Assembly: GCA_964354545.1 (NCBI GenBank)
Contig: CAYHAE010000001.1
Coordinates: 65,190-129,189, forward strand
Reading direction: 5' to 3'
Length of the DNA: 64,000 bases
Source: an uncultured Planctomycetia bacterium
GTDB lineage: Bacteria; Omnitrophota; Gorgyraeia; 2-01-FULL-45-10; JAHFGN01
Shown: positions 1 through 9,221 of the stretch, one piece after another
Layout of the letters: the number at the start of each line of letters is the position of its first letter
Numbering within the stretch: the first letter of the stretch is position 1
The notes under the pieces: generated by a model
What the model saw: only the letters and a program-made list of their open reading frames with translations
What the model was told of the DNA's origin: nothing
Databases searched by the model: none
Position numbers and translations under genes: made by a program

Positions 1-430
1 TCGCTTGGTGGCTATTGTTAAAAGTGTAAATATTCAGATATTATTGAGCTTGTTGTTGCTAACTCCGTTAGTAGTATTAATAGGTATCATGCTATCTCAT
101 AGGATCGCAGGACCCATATACAGGATGGAGAGATTTCTGGAAGGCATTGCAAATGGTGACATTACCAGGTTCATAACCCTGAGAAAGAGGGATGAGTTGA
201 AGTCGCTGGCAGACGGAATCAATACGGTGGTGAAAAGTCTGCGGGGAAGGGTAACCGAAGAGGTTGAGATCATTAAGAGGTTACATAAGGAGATAACCGA
301 CCTGGAAGGCTTATCCAGGAACGTGCAAATTTCACCGGAACACATGAAAGAGGAGATCAATCAAGAGATCAAGCACTTGTATGACCTCATTGATTTCCTT
401 GACAAATCTGTAGCGCAATATAAGATATAA
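1..430 (+). CDS. HAMP-domain membrane protein, 3' part (5' end outside the window)
   Basis: TM helix followed by HAMP motif SHRIAGPIYRMERFLEGIANGD...LRKRDELKSLADGIN. Confidence 0.75.
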   Translation, partial: RLVAIVKSVNIQILLSLLLLTPLVVLIGIMLSHRIAGPIYRMERFLEGIANGDITRFITLRKRDELKSLADGINTVVKSLRGRVTEEVEIIKRLHKEITDLEGLSRNVQISPEHMKEEINQEIKHLYDLIDFLDKSVAQYKI

Positions 431-598
431 ATAGCTCCATTTCCATTTAATAACAAGGAATCCCTCCCAATATCCATCCTTATATCTTACCTTAAATAGA
501 ATATGACGCAAATTTTGATACGTATTTTGGGGTAAGGCCATAACGTCTTCACTAATAAATAGTTACAGCGTAAAACTGAAAATTAGAATTCCTAACCC

Positions 599-626
599 TT
601 GACAATTAATAAAAATAATGTATACT
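599..626 (+). promoter_or_regulatory. sigma70-type promoter
   Basis: TTGACA 599-604, 16-bp spacer, TATACT 621-626. Confidence 0.6.
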
Positions 627-759
627 TAATATCACCCCGAATAAAAGGGCGAGATTCCATGCGTCCTTATACAAAGAAGTGTAAGGGTATAGTGGTCTAT
701 AGCGATTCGTATTAAAGGATATAGATAAATAGACCATAGCCCGTCAATGAGGTGCGTAT

Positions 760-888
760 ATGCCGGAAGAGAACGTCTTCACGGTCCAGGAGTTGGCTCG
801 CTACCTCAAAATGAAACCGGTAACTATCTATAAGCACGCCAAAGAGGGCAAGTTACCCTGGTTCAAGTTTGGAGCCAACTGGAGGTTC
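760..888 (+). repeat. Direct repeat copy 1 (~129 bp; copy 2 at 1671-1799)
   Basis: atgccggaagagaacgtcttcacggtccagg...tggaggttc present twice with few mismatches. Confidence 0.95.
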
Positions 889-948
889 GTGGAATCCTTG
901 AACGGCCACCGGATCGTCGCGCAGGACGTGAACGATACCCGAGAGTAG
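760..948 (+). pseudogene. Truncated duplicate of an excisionase-like HTH (HTH_17) gene
   Basis: First 43 codons near-identical to 1671..1868, then unrelated sequence replaces the C-terminal helix. Confidence 0.7.
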
Positions 949-954
949 TGGCAT

Positions 955-996
955 AATACCTAGCTCTTTTTAATGTAAAGAGTTAGGTATTTTTTA
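955..996 (+). terminator. Intrinsic terminator
   Basis: aatacctagctcttt / aaagagttaggtatt stem followed by T-run. Confidence 0.75.
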
Positions 997-1030
997 TGGG
1001 TTATCCTAACCATCGCGAAGGCCCTTGGCG

Positions 1031-1243
1031 ATGAGAAAAAACCGCAAGGAAAGTATAGCAGAACGTCTGATAGAACGCTCAAAAGCGGACCTCTCATTCG
1101 ATATAGACTTTTGGCAGAAGGCAGGCGCTAGAGCGCGCTTCATTGCCATGTGGAAGGCAGTTGGCGAGTTCTACAAAATTAGAGGAATGGATGGAAATAA
1201 GCTACGACTACAGAGATCTATTCAAAGCGTTGAGCAGATATAA
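1031..1243 (+). CDS. Small hypothetical protein, likely partner of the downstream nucleotidyltransferase
   Basis: 70 aa with DIDFWQK...ARFIAMW; overlaps the next gene, as in two-gene TA-like modules. Confidence 0.6.
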   Translation: MRKNRKESIAERLIERSKADLSFDIDFWQKAGARARFIAMWKAVGEFYKIRGMDGNKLRLQRSIQSVEQI

Positions 1244-1667
1244 CGTCGCATATCTCGTGGTTGGCGCTTACGCCGTTGCGTATTATGCAGAGCCGCGATT
1301 TACCAAAGACCTTGATATTTGGGTAAATCCGGAGCTTGAAAACGCACAGAGGCTTTACAAGGCGATGAAGGAATTTGGCGCGCCCCTGAGAGGCGTTCAT
1401 CCGGAAGATTTTACAGAGAGAAAGATGCTATACCAGATCGGCGTTGCGCCGATCCGGATAGACATACTAATGGATGTGGCGGGAATTCCGTTCGAGCAGG
1501 CGTGGACGAGGAGGAAAAGATCGAGGTACGGAGATATTCCGATAAATATTCTCGGCATCAAAGACCTCATAACCTCGAAGAAGAGGTTCAAAAGAGAGCA
1601 GGATGTTCTGGATTTGAAGAGGCTCATGGCCCTGAGAAGAATACAGCACGGGAGGAAGAAGGGATAA
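1191..1667 (+). CDS. Nucleotidyltransferase-fold protein (DUF6036-like)
   Basis: YLVVGAYAVAYY.EPRFTKDLDIW motif and C-terminal K...REQD..DL; RBS gagga before ATG 1191. Confidence 0.8.
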   Translation: MEISYDYRDLFKALSRYNVAYLVVGAYAVAYYAEPRFTKDLDIWVNPELENAQRLYKAMKEFGAPLRGVHPEDFTERKMLYQIGVAPIRIDILMDVAGIPFEQAWTRRKRSRYGDIPINILGIKDLITSKKRFKREQDVLDLKRLMALRRIQHGRKKG

Positions 1668-1670
1668 CCT

Positions 1671-1868
1671 ATGCCGGAAGAGAACGTCTTCACGGTCCAG
1701 GAGTTGGCTCGCTACCTCAAGATGAAACCGGTAACTATCTATAAACACGCCAAAGAGGGCAAGTTACCTGGTTTCAAGGTTGGAGCCAATTGGAGGTTCA
1801 AGAAGTCTACAATAGACAATTGGATCTCTGGACAGGAAGAAAAAGAGAATCAAAAGAGCAGTATATAA
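1671..1868 (+). CDS. Excisionase-family helix-turn-helix DNA-binding protein (HTH_17)
   Basis: TVQELARYLKMKPVTIYKHAKEGKLPGFKVGANWRFKKSTIDNW. Confidence 0.9.
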   Translation: MPEENVFTVQELARYLKMKPVTIYKHAKEGKLPGFKVGANWRFKKSTIDNWISGQEEKENQKSSI

Positions 1869-1908
1869 TACCCAACTCAAGTTTTTTAAATGAGTTGGGT
1901 ATTTTTTT
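1867..1908 (+). terminator. Intrinsic terminator (related to the one at 955-996)
   Basis: aatacccaactca / tgagttgggtatt perfect stem plus T-run. Confidence 0.8.
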
Positions 1909-1977
1909 GTCTGCGGGTATCATTGACACTGTGGATAAAGCTAGTTCACACAGGTTATAAGAGGCCTAGCTCCCTAT

Positions 1978-3228
1978 ATGAATAAAAGAGTTGTAATTAC
2001 AGGACTGGGGGTACTTGCCTCGAACGGCATCGGCAAGGATGAGTTCTGGAAGTCCCTCAAGGAAGGACGCTCAGGCATCAAGCCTGTGACCCTCTTCGAC
2101 ACAGGGAATCTGCGGACCAAACTCGCAGGCGAGATATCCGACTTCCAGCCAGAGAAAATTTTAGGTCCGAAAGGCCTGCGGACTTTGGACAGGACGACGA
2201 AGCTCGTACTGTGTGCGTCTCACTTGGCGCTCGATGATGCAGGGATAAAATATCCTTTGAGCGAGGAGGAAACAGACTTTTTTGGTGTGTCATTGGGTTC
2301 CACAATGGGTTCTGTCGCGTCCATCAGCGAATTCGATAAAGAGGCATTACGCCATGGGCCCCGAGCCGTGAACCCCGCGCTTTTCCCCAATACCGTGATA
2401 AATTCGCCCGCCAGTCACATCTCGATAATGTTCAACATACAAGGTTTCAACTCCACGATCGCGACAGGGTTCTGCTCAAGCCTGGACGCGATATACTACG
2501 CGATGAATATGCTTAATCTATATGAATACAAAGTAGTGCTGACAGGAGGGGTGGAAGAATTGTGCGAGCATACATATAAAGGTTTTTACAAAATCGGCCA
2601 TCTTGCGGGTTCACGGCCCGGCAAAGAAGAGATCAATAGCCCTTTCGACAGACGGCGAAATGGCATCGTCTTCGGCGAAGGCGCGTGCATAGTCATTCTG
2701 GAAGAACTTGAACATGCCCTGAGTCGGAACGCGAAGATCTATGCGGAAGTACTGGGCTACGGCACGTCATTTGACCCAAAGAGCCGGAACATCTACAGCC
2801 CAAAGGCAGAAGGCGCTACGGAAGCGATAAGGTCGTGTCTTGAGGATGCCGGGGTCGATGGCAAGGATATCGATTATATAAGCGCGAGCGGGAATTCCAC
2901 GCTTGATTGCGATGTAATGGAAACGCGTGCGGTCAAGAATGTCTTTGGTGAACGAGCAAAGAAGATTCCGATAAGTTCATTGAAATCCATGGCGGGGGAG
3001 TCCTTCTCCGCTTCAGGGGCACTGAACCTTGCCGGTTGCCTCGGGATTTTAGAGGAAAATTTTATACCGCCTACGATATGTTACGCAGAGCCCGACAGGC
3101 GATGCGATTTAGACTATGTGCCGAATGAGACACGGGAAGCAAAGGTCGATAAGATCCTGATCGACGCCTTTAGCCCCACCGGCTCAAACTCGACGCTCGC
3201 GGTAGGGAGATATGTTGCTCAAAGATAA
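1978..3228 (+). CDS. FabF-like ketosynthase lacking the catalytic triad (chain-length-factor-like)
   Basis: Full KS fold, but TAC->TGF, AHGTGT->ASGNST and MLGH->MAGE. Confidence 0.85.
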   Translation: MNKRVVITGLGVLASNGIGKDEFWKSLKEGRSGIKPVTLFDTGNLRTKLAGEISDFQPEKILGPKGLRTLDRTTKLVLCASHLALDDAGIKYPLSEEETDFFGVSLGSTMGSVASISEFDKEALRHGPRAVNPALFPNTVINSPASHISIMFNIQGFNSTIATGFCSSLDAIYYAMNMLNLYEYKVVLTGGVEELCEHTYKGFYKIGHLAGSRPGKEEINSPFDRRRNGIVFGEGACIVILEELEHALSRNAKIYAEVLGYGTSFDPKSRNIYSPKAEGATEAIRSCLEDAGVDGKDIDYISASGNSTLDCDVMETRAVKNVFGERAKKIPISSLKSMAGESFSASGALNLAGCLGILEENFIPPTICYAEPDRRCDLDYVPNETREAKVDKILIDAFSPTGSNSTLAVGRYVAQR

Positions 3229-3955
3229 GGTTGCAATAGTAACCGGAGGATCGCGCGGCATAGGCAGGGCCATCGTATCGGAATTCGCGAGCCAGGGAGC
3301 AAACGTCGCGTTTACGTTTCTTAAAAGCGAAGACAAAGCCCTCGAATTGAAAAAAGAGATCGAGGGAAAAGGCGGTAAGGTCCTCGTTTTTAGGAATGAC
3401 ATAAAAGATTACGGCGCAACTCGAATTATGGTAGAGGGCGTAAAGAGTCAATTCGGCAGACTGGATATCATCGTAAATAATGCCGGTATATTGCGTGATA
3501 AGGCGCTTATTCTCATGGAAGAAGTGGACTGGGAAGACGTGCTGTCTACCAATCTCTCTGGCGCATTTAACCTTATCAAGGCAGCGATCGTGACATTCAT
3601 GAAGCAAAGAAGCGGCAACATCATCAATGTAACGTCAGTAGCCGGCATAAAGGGTATGGCACGGCAAGTCAATTACTCAGCGAGCAAGGCCGGCATGATA
3701 GGTCTTACAAAGTCGTTAGCAAAGGAGGTTGGTAGCTACAATATCAGGGTGAATGCGATAGCGCCCGGGTATATAGATACTGATATGATTAAAGATTTCA
3801 AAGAAGAATATAAAAAAGACTTATTGAAACGCGTTCCATTGAACCGTTTTGGGAAGGCAGAAGAAGTTGCAAAGGTGGCAACGTTTCTTGCCTCAGACGA
3901 ATCGCAATACATAACGGGTCAGGTGATAACTATTGACGGCGGTTTAGCGATGTAG
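3212..3955 (+). CDS. fabG: 3-oxoacyl-ACP reductase
   Basis: TGGSRGIG, NNAGI, YSASKAG, VNAIAPG SDR motifs. Confidence 0.92.
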   Translation: MLLKDKVAIVTGGSRGIGRAIVSEFASQGANVAFTFLKSEDKALELKKEIEGKGGKVLVFRNDIKDYGATRIMVEGVKSQFGRLDIIVNNAGILRDKALILMEEVDWEDVLSTNLSGAFNLIKAAIVTFMKQRSGNIINVTSVAGIKGMARQVNYSASKAGMIGLTKSLAKEVGSYNIRVNAIAPGYIDTDMIKDFKEEYKKDLLKRVPLNRFGKAEEVAKVATFLASDESQYITGQVITIDGGLAM

Positions 3956-3978
3956 CCTAACTGGCGAGGTTGAGGAAG

Positions 3979-4233
3979 ATGCCTAAACTAGATGCAAGGT
4001 CATTAGAGCAAGAATTGAGAGCGCTTGTTGCCGAGATAGTGGAGATTGAGCCGGAGAAGATAACACCGGAGGCAAAGTTCGTTGAAGATTTGGGGATGGA
4101 TTCCATGATGGCGCTTGAAATTTTGGCATCGATCGAAAAGAAATATAAATTGAAAATTCCCGATGAGAACCTTACGAAGATAACAAATTTAAACCAGGTC
4201 ATAAAATTGGCGAACGAATTCTTAACTAAATGA
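3979..4233 (+). CDS. acpP: Acyl carrier protein
   Basis: FVEDLGMDSMMALE phosphopantetheine site; small acidic protein. Confidence 0.92.
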   Translation: MPKLDARSLEQELRALVAEIVEIEPEKITPEAKFVEDLGMDSMMALEILASIEKKYKLKIPDENLTKITNLNQVIKLANEFLTK

Positions 4234-4249
4234 AACGAAGTAGGAAGCG

Positions 4250-5464
4250 ATGAACAGGCGTGTTGTGGTGACTGGTTTGGGTGTTGTGTCGTCGATAGGC
4301 ATTGGTAAAGATGAGTTCTGGAAGAACCTCATTGCCGGCAAGTCAGGGATAAGCGATATCACCACTTTCGACACATCAGAATACTCTACCCATAAAGGAG
4401 GCGAAGTTAAAAACTTTGACCCCAAAGAATTTATCCCAAAAAATAGAATAAACGATGTCGCAAGGGCTTCACAATTCGCCATCGCTGCAACAAAGATGGC
4501 GCTTGAAGATGCGGGAGTTGATTTGGAGGGAATTCGTAATAAAAAGGTTGGTATAGTAATGGGTACTACCATGGCGGATGTCCAGTCGTTGGAGCAAATA
4601 GATAAGCATTGGATAAGTAAAGGAGAAGATGATGTATGGCCTGTTAATATTAAGAAATATCCGGCAAACAACATTTCAGATCAGATTGGTTTCTATTTTA
4701 GCATACAAGGGTTAAATTCCACGATTCCGACTGCGTGCGCAGCCGGAAATTATTCTATTGGATTTGCATTTGATTTAATAAGAACGGGTAAATTAGATTT
4801 TGCGGTAGTTGGAGGTGCAGATCCAATTTCTCGAACAAATTTTGCAGGTTTTAATCGTCTCGTTGCTATGGCCCCAGACAGATGCCAACCATTCGATAAA
4901 AATAGAAAGGGTATGATGGTTGGAGAAGGGGCAGGTGTGTTAATATTGGAGGAACTGGAAATAGCAGAGAAGCGAAACACATCCATATATGCTGAAATTC
5001 TAGGGTATGGATTGAGTTGCGATGCGTATCATATGACTTCGCAGCGTCCCGATGGTATCATTAAAGTAATGGAGAAGGCGATAAAAAACTCAAGAGTCAA
5101 TAAGGGAGAGGTCGACTATATCAGCGCTCATGGGACTGGCACACCATCAAATGATAAAGCAGAATGTGAGGCAATCAAAACAGTGTTTGGTGTTTTAGTT
5201 AGGAGTATATCTATTAGCTCTATTAAATCAATGCTTGGCCATACCATGGGTGCAGCTAGCGCTATAGAGGCGCTTACCTGTTGCCTTGCAATAGAAAACG
5301 GCATTATTCCACCTACTATTAACTATGAAACGCAGGATCCTGAATGTGACATTGATTGCGTTCCAAATGTGGCAAAAAAGAAGACATTGAAAGTCGTTCT
5401 AAATAATTCATTTGCATTCGGTGAGAATAATGCATGTGTGGTGTTTAAAAAATATGAAAGATAA
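4250..5464 (+). CDS. fabF: Beta-ketoacyl-ACP synthase II-like, catalytically intact
   Basis: TACAAG, AHGTGT and KSMLGH Cys-His-His triad present. Confidence 0.9.
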   Translation: MNRRVVVTGLGVVSSIGIGKDEFWKNLIAGKSGISDITTFDTSEYSTHKGGEVKNFDPKEFIPKNRINDVARASQFAIAATKMALEDAGVDLEGIRNKKVGIVMGTTMADVQSLEQIDKHWISKGEDDVWPVNIKKYPANNISDQIGFYFSIQGLNSTIPTACAAGNYSIGFAFDLIRTGKLDFAVVGGADPISRTNFAGFNRLVAMAPDRCQPFDKNRKGMMVGEGAGVLILEELEIAEKRNTSIYAEILGYGLSCDAYHMTSQRPDGIIKVMEKAIKNSRVNKGEVDYISAHGTGTPSNDKAECEAIKTVFGVLVRSISISSIKSMLGHTMGAASAIEALTCCLAIENGIIPPTINYETQDPECDIDCVPNVAKKKTLKVVLNNSFAFGENNACVVFKKYER

Positions 5465-6038
5465 TTTGTTAAAGCTTATAAGAAGTAGGCGCACTATACG
5501 AAAATATACAGATAAAGAAATTTCCAATAAACAAATTATGAAAATATTAGAAGCGGGAAGATGGAGCCCCTCGGTTCACAATGCACAACCTTGGCGTTTC
5601 ATTGTGATCAGAAAAGAGCCAGTTATTAAAAGGCTGGCTGGTATATTATTGAAGAAATCTCATCATCTATTCTCTGGGTTTGATATTATTGTCAAAAAGA
5701 CAGCAGAGGTAGTCTTAAGCGCTCCTATCGCTATAGTTATATATAATTCATGTGAGCTCTCAAAAAGGATGAGAAAATTCGGCGATCCCTACTTTTCAAT
5801 TACAGAGATATCGGAGTTGCAGAGCATTTCAGCTTCGATTGAGAATATGTTATTAATGGCGCATTCATTAGGTTTAGGGGCCGCCTGGTTAACATCGCCA
5901 CTTTTTTGCGCCGCAGAGATAAGATCTCTTTTTAATATAAATGGTTCATTTGTAGCACTTTTAACAATTGGATATTCTGGTCAATCTTGTGCAATTTCCG
6001 ATAGAAAATCTTTGAAAAGTTGCATAAAATTCTATTAA
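5454..6038 (+). CDS. Nitroreductase-family (FMN) protein
   Basis: IRSRRTIRKY, SPSVHNAQPWRF, ENMLLMAHSLGLGAAW. Confidence 0.9.
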   Translation: MKDNLLKLIRSRRTIRKYTDKEISNKQIMKILEAGRWSPSVHNAQPWRFIVIRKEPVIKRLAGILLKKSHHLFSGFDIIVKKTAEVVLSAPIAIVIYNSCELSKRMRKFGDPYFSITEISELQSISASIENMLLMAHSLGLGAAWLTSPLFCAAEIRSLFNINGSFVALLTIGYSGQSCAISDRKSLKSCIKFY

Positions 6039-6039
6039 A

Positions 6040-7530
6040 ATGCAATTAAAACAGGAAAATAAATACGATGTAATTGTAATTGGCGCAGGTATTAGTGGCC
6101 TTATATGCGGCACTATTTTAGCCAAGAATGGCGTAAAAGTCCTTATCGTCGAAAAAAATAATAAAGTAGGTGGTTATTGTTGTTCTTTTATTAGAAATAG
6201 TTTTAAGTTTGATGCGGGTGTGCATTACTTAGGAAGCCTACGTCAAAAAGGCGGACAATTAAGAAAAATACTTGATGAAATAGAATTAACTAGCGACTTG
6301 GAATTAGTTGACACTGATATTTCTGACAAAATATTATTCCTTGATTTCGAAATAATTTTCGGGAAAAATCTCGACGCAGTTACGGATTCTTTCAAAAAGA
6401 ATTTTTCGAATGAAATTGATAGCATTCGGAAATTCATTATTTATATATCCAAAACAGATTTTTCACAACTTTATAGAGAGAATATTACTTTAACATTTAG
6501 GCAGCTCCTTGACAAATATTTTAAATCGGAGTATATAAAACAAATTTTTTCCACGCCTTTAGGCAATGCCGGGGCATCGTCGAATAAGATTGCAGCAATT
6601 AGCGCAATTATTTTATTTAGGGAATATATTTTTGATAGTGGATATTATCCTAAAGGCGGGATGCAAGCTTTTTCAGATAAAATATGTCAAAAGTTCAAAA
6701 CGTTCGGAGGAGAAATTTTATTAAATTCGGAGGTAACAAAAATTTTGCTAACTACTAATAATGAGGCAACGGCTATAATCATAGATGACGGTGAAAGAAT
6801 AGAAGCATCTTATATAGTTTCATGCATAGATTCTTTTCGTACCTTTTTTGATTTATTCTCGAAAAATAGAACGATAGACAAAATTAGAACTAAAATAAAG
6901 AAATTGGTTCCTTCATTTTCTGCTTTTGTCATTTATTTGGGTGTAAAAAACGTAACGCAGGGGTTAGATAGTGTTAAATGTAGCACATGGTTTTGTCCCG
7001 AGCCTAATATAGATGCATATTATGGCTCTGTCTTAAGCAATCACTTAGATTTTAAAAAAAGTTTTTTATTGATCTCTCGGCCAACTTTTTTTGATAAGTC
7101 TCTTGCTCCAAGCAATAGCGAAATCATATCAGTCTTTACTGCCGCACCATTTAAAGATATTGCGTTTTGGGAAAAGAATAGGAAAAAAATAGTCGAAAAC
7201 ATTCTATATAACGTCAAAAAAGTAATTCCTGGAATAACCAATAGCAATATACTTGTAAAAGAGTCAGCCACACCTTTAACATTTTATAAATTTACTTATA
7301 ATTATCGAGGTGCATTGTATGGCTGGGCACCTATCGTAGACCAAATCTCATCAAATATTATGCCCATGAAATCACCTGCTATAAAAAATATGTTATTTGC
7401 AGGTCACTGGACAACTCAGGGATATGCTCAGGGGGGAATACCTGTTGTTGCAATTTCGGGGAGAAATGTTGCTAAGAAGGTATTAAATACATTTTTTAAA
7501 ACGAAAACCAGTATCTTATCACATGATTAA
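6040..7530 (+). CDS. FAD-dependent oxidoreductase, phytoene desaturase/retinol saturase-like
   Basis: VIGAGISGL..G..LAK.G, FDAGVHY, YPKGGMQ, ATPLTF, FAGHWT..GGIP. Confidence 0.88.
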   Translation: MQLKQENKYDVIVIGAGISGLICGTILAKNGVKVLIVEKNNKVGGYCCSFIRNSFKFDAGVHYLGSLRQKGGQLRKILDEIELTSDLELVDTDISDKILFLDFEIIFGKNLDAVTDSFKKNFSNEIDSIRKFIIYISKTDFSQLYRENITLTFRQLLDKYFKSEYIKQIFSTPLGNAGASSNKIAAISAIILFREYIFDSGYYPKGGMQAFSDKICQKFKTFGGEILLNSEVTKILLTTNNEATAIIIDDGERIEASYIVSCIDSFRTFFDLFSKNRTIDKIRTKIKKLVPSFSAFVIYLGVKNVTQGLDSVKCSTWFCPEPNIDAYYGSVLSNHLDFKKSFLLISRPTFFDKSLAPSNSEIISVFTAAPFKDIAFWEKNRKKIVENILYNVKKVIPGITNSNILVKESATPLTFYKFTYNYRGALYGWAPIVDQISSNIMPMKSPAIKNMLFAGHWTTQGYAQGGIPVVAISGRNVAKKVLNTFFKTKTSILSHD

Positions 7531-9208
7531 CAAGTTGCAAGAATGCGAAATAGTAAGCAGCCGTATAATGTATAAGAACAATTCTGATATGAATATTTTA
7601 GGATATATTGATTCTGGAGTAACTGGCTATGATGCGAAACCATTCATTATCATTCCTCCGGGATACGGAGAAACAAAAAAAGATCACATATCAACTGCTT
7701 ATTACTTGGTAAGCAATGGTTTTAATGTGCTTCGTTACGATAATACTAATCATATCGGAGAAAGCGATGGGGAAATGGTAGATTGTAATTTGTTATCAAT
7801 GGAAAAAGATTTGGATGCAAGCATTAATTTCATAACGAGCAATTTTGCTACTGACAAGGTTGGTGTCATAGCTTCTAGCCTTGCTAGTAGAGTTGCCTTT
7901 AAGGTTGCCTCCCGTAATAGCTTTATATCTTTCATTATAAGCTTAGTCGGTGTTACGAATTTGAGAAAATCAATTTATTATGTCTATAAAGAGAAGATGA
8001 TAGAAGGGTACATTAGAGGACGCAGATGGGGCATTACTGATATTTTAGGTTTTGAAGTCAGCGATAATTTTCTAAAAATAGCTGTAGAAAATAATTATGA
8101 TACGTTTATTAGTACACTGAATGACATTAAGCGTATAGAGATTCCAATTTTATATATAGTTGCAGAACATGATGCATGGACCGATATTAAAGATAGTTAT
8201 TTGGTATACAAAAAGACGAAAAATATTAATAAAGAATTGTTTTTTGTTTCTAACGCTTTACATCAAATACAAGAAAACCCAAAGCTTGCAAAACAGGTCA
8301 TTTTGAAAATAGTTAAAAATTGCATTAAATACATGCACAATTGCGCAATTTCAGATGAACAATGCATGGAGCCTGACATACATTTTATAGTACGGCAAAA
8401 TAGAATCGAGCAAACAAATTTAAAAAAAACATTGACGGTAACTAGAAACGACGAAAAAAAATTCTGGACTAAGTATATGTCAGATTACTTTATATTAATG
8501 AAATCCTATGAATATAAAAATTTTTTAAGATTAAACTATGAACTGTTAGGCGGGTTTATAGATGGAAATAATTTCTTAGACGCCGGATGCGGAAATGGGC
8601 ATTTTGGTGCTTGGTTAGCAACTAAATTATGCCAAATTGAAAAAATAAGTCGTCTTCACAATTATAATAAGATTTTGTATACGGGGATAGATTTTGTAGA
8701 CCCACCCCTTAAGGAAGCTTTGGATAAGCACGCAAAATTAATCGCGACTTTATCTAAAAAAGAAAATATTGATTTATTAAAAAAGATGAAATTTGTTTAT
8801 ATCGTAGCTACACTAGAAAATGAGTTACCGCTTGAGAATAATTTTTTTGATAAAATTTGTTGCAATCTTGTTATCTCCTATGTTAAAAAGCCAGTCAAAG
8901 TTATTCAAAATCTCGTAAAAAAAATGAAGGAAGGGGGAAAAATAACGGTAAGTTCTCTAAAGCCAAATAACGATCTTTCTCTCATATATCGTAAGGCGCT
9001 TGATCAATCTTTAACCAGTAAAGAAGTTTTTGAAGCTAGAAGGCTTTTAACGAATGCAGGGAAAATAAAATATAAGGAGAAAATAGGTCATTATACATTT
9101 TTCAATGAATTTGAGTTGCTTGAAGTTTTAAGAAAGGCAGGATGTAAAGAAATACATACTTTTAGAACATTTGGAGACCAAGCAAATATTGCTGTAGGAA
9201 CTAAATAG
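7523..9208 (+). CDS. LuxD-like acyl-ACP thioesterase/acyltransferase fused to a class I SAM methyltransferase
   Basis: N-half: YLVSNGFNVLRYDNTNHIGESDG, GVIASSLASRVA, VGVTNLR (LuxD-type); C-half: FLDAGCGNG...FDKICCNLVISYV. Confidence 0.8.
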   Translation: MINKLQECEIVSSRIMYKNNSDMNILGYIDSGVTGYDAKPFIIIPPGYGETKKDHISTAYYLVSNGFNVLRYDNTNHIGESDGEMVDCNLLSMEKDLDASINFITSNFATDKVGVIASSLASRVAFKVASRNSFISFIISLVGVTNLRKSIYYVYKEKMIEGYIRGRRWGITDILGFEVSDNFLKIAVENNYDTFISTLNDIKRIEIPILYIVAEHDAWTDIKDSYLVYKKTKNINKELFFVSNALHQIQENPKLAKQVILKIVKNCIKYMHNCAISDEQCMEPDIHFIVRQNRIEQTNLKKTLTVTRNDEKKFWTKYMSDYFILMKSYEYKNFLRLNYELLGGFIDGNNFLDAGCGNGHFGAWLATKLCQIEKISRLHNYNKILYTGIDFVDPPLKEALDKHAKLIATLSKKENIDLLKKMKFVYIVATLENELPLENNFFDKICCNLVISYVKKPVKVIQNLVKKMKEGGKITVSSLKPNNDLSLIYRKALDQSLTSKEVFEARRLLTNAGKIKYKEKIGHYTFFNEFELLEVLRKAGCKEIHTFRTFGDQANIAVGTK

Positions 9209-9221
9209 AAAATTTAAGCCT

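Noticed and set aside
760-1868. Prophage or integrative element implied by excisionase-like HTH
   Set aside because: No integrase or phage structural genes; HTH_17 proteins are common stand-alone regulators.
6040-7530. Carotenoid biosynthesis
   Set aside because: No phytoene synthase, cyclase or prenyltransferase; the context is ACP-based.
7523-9208. Bioluminescence (lux) operon
   Set aside because: Only a LuxD-like domain; no luxA/B/C/E homologs in the window.
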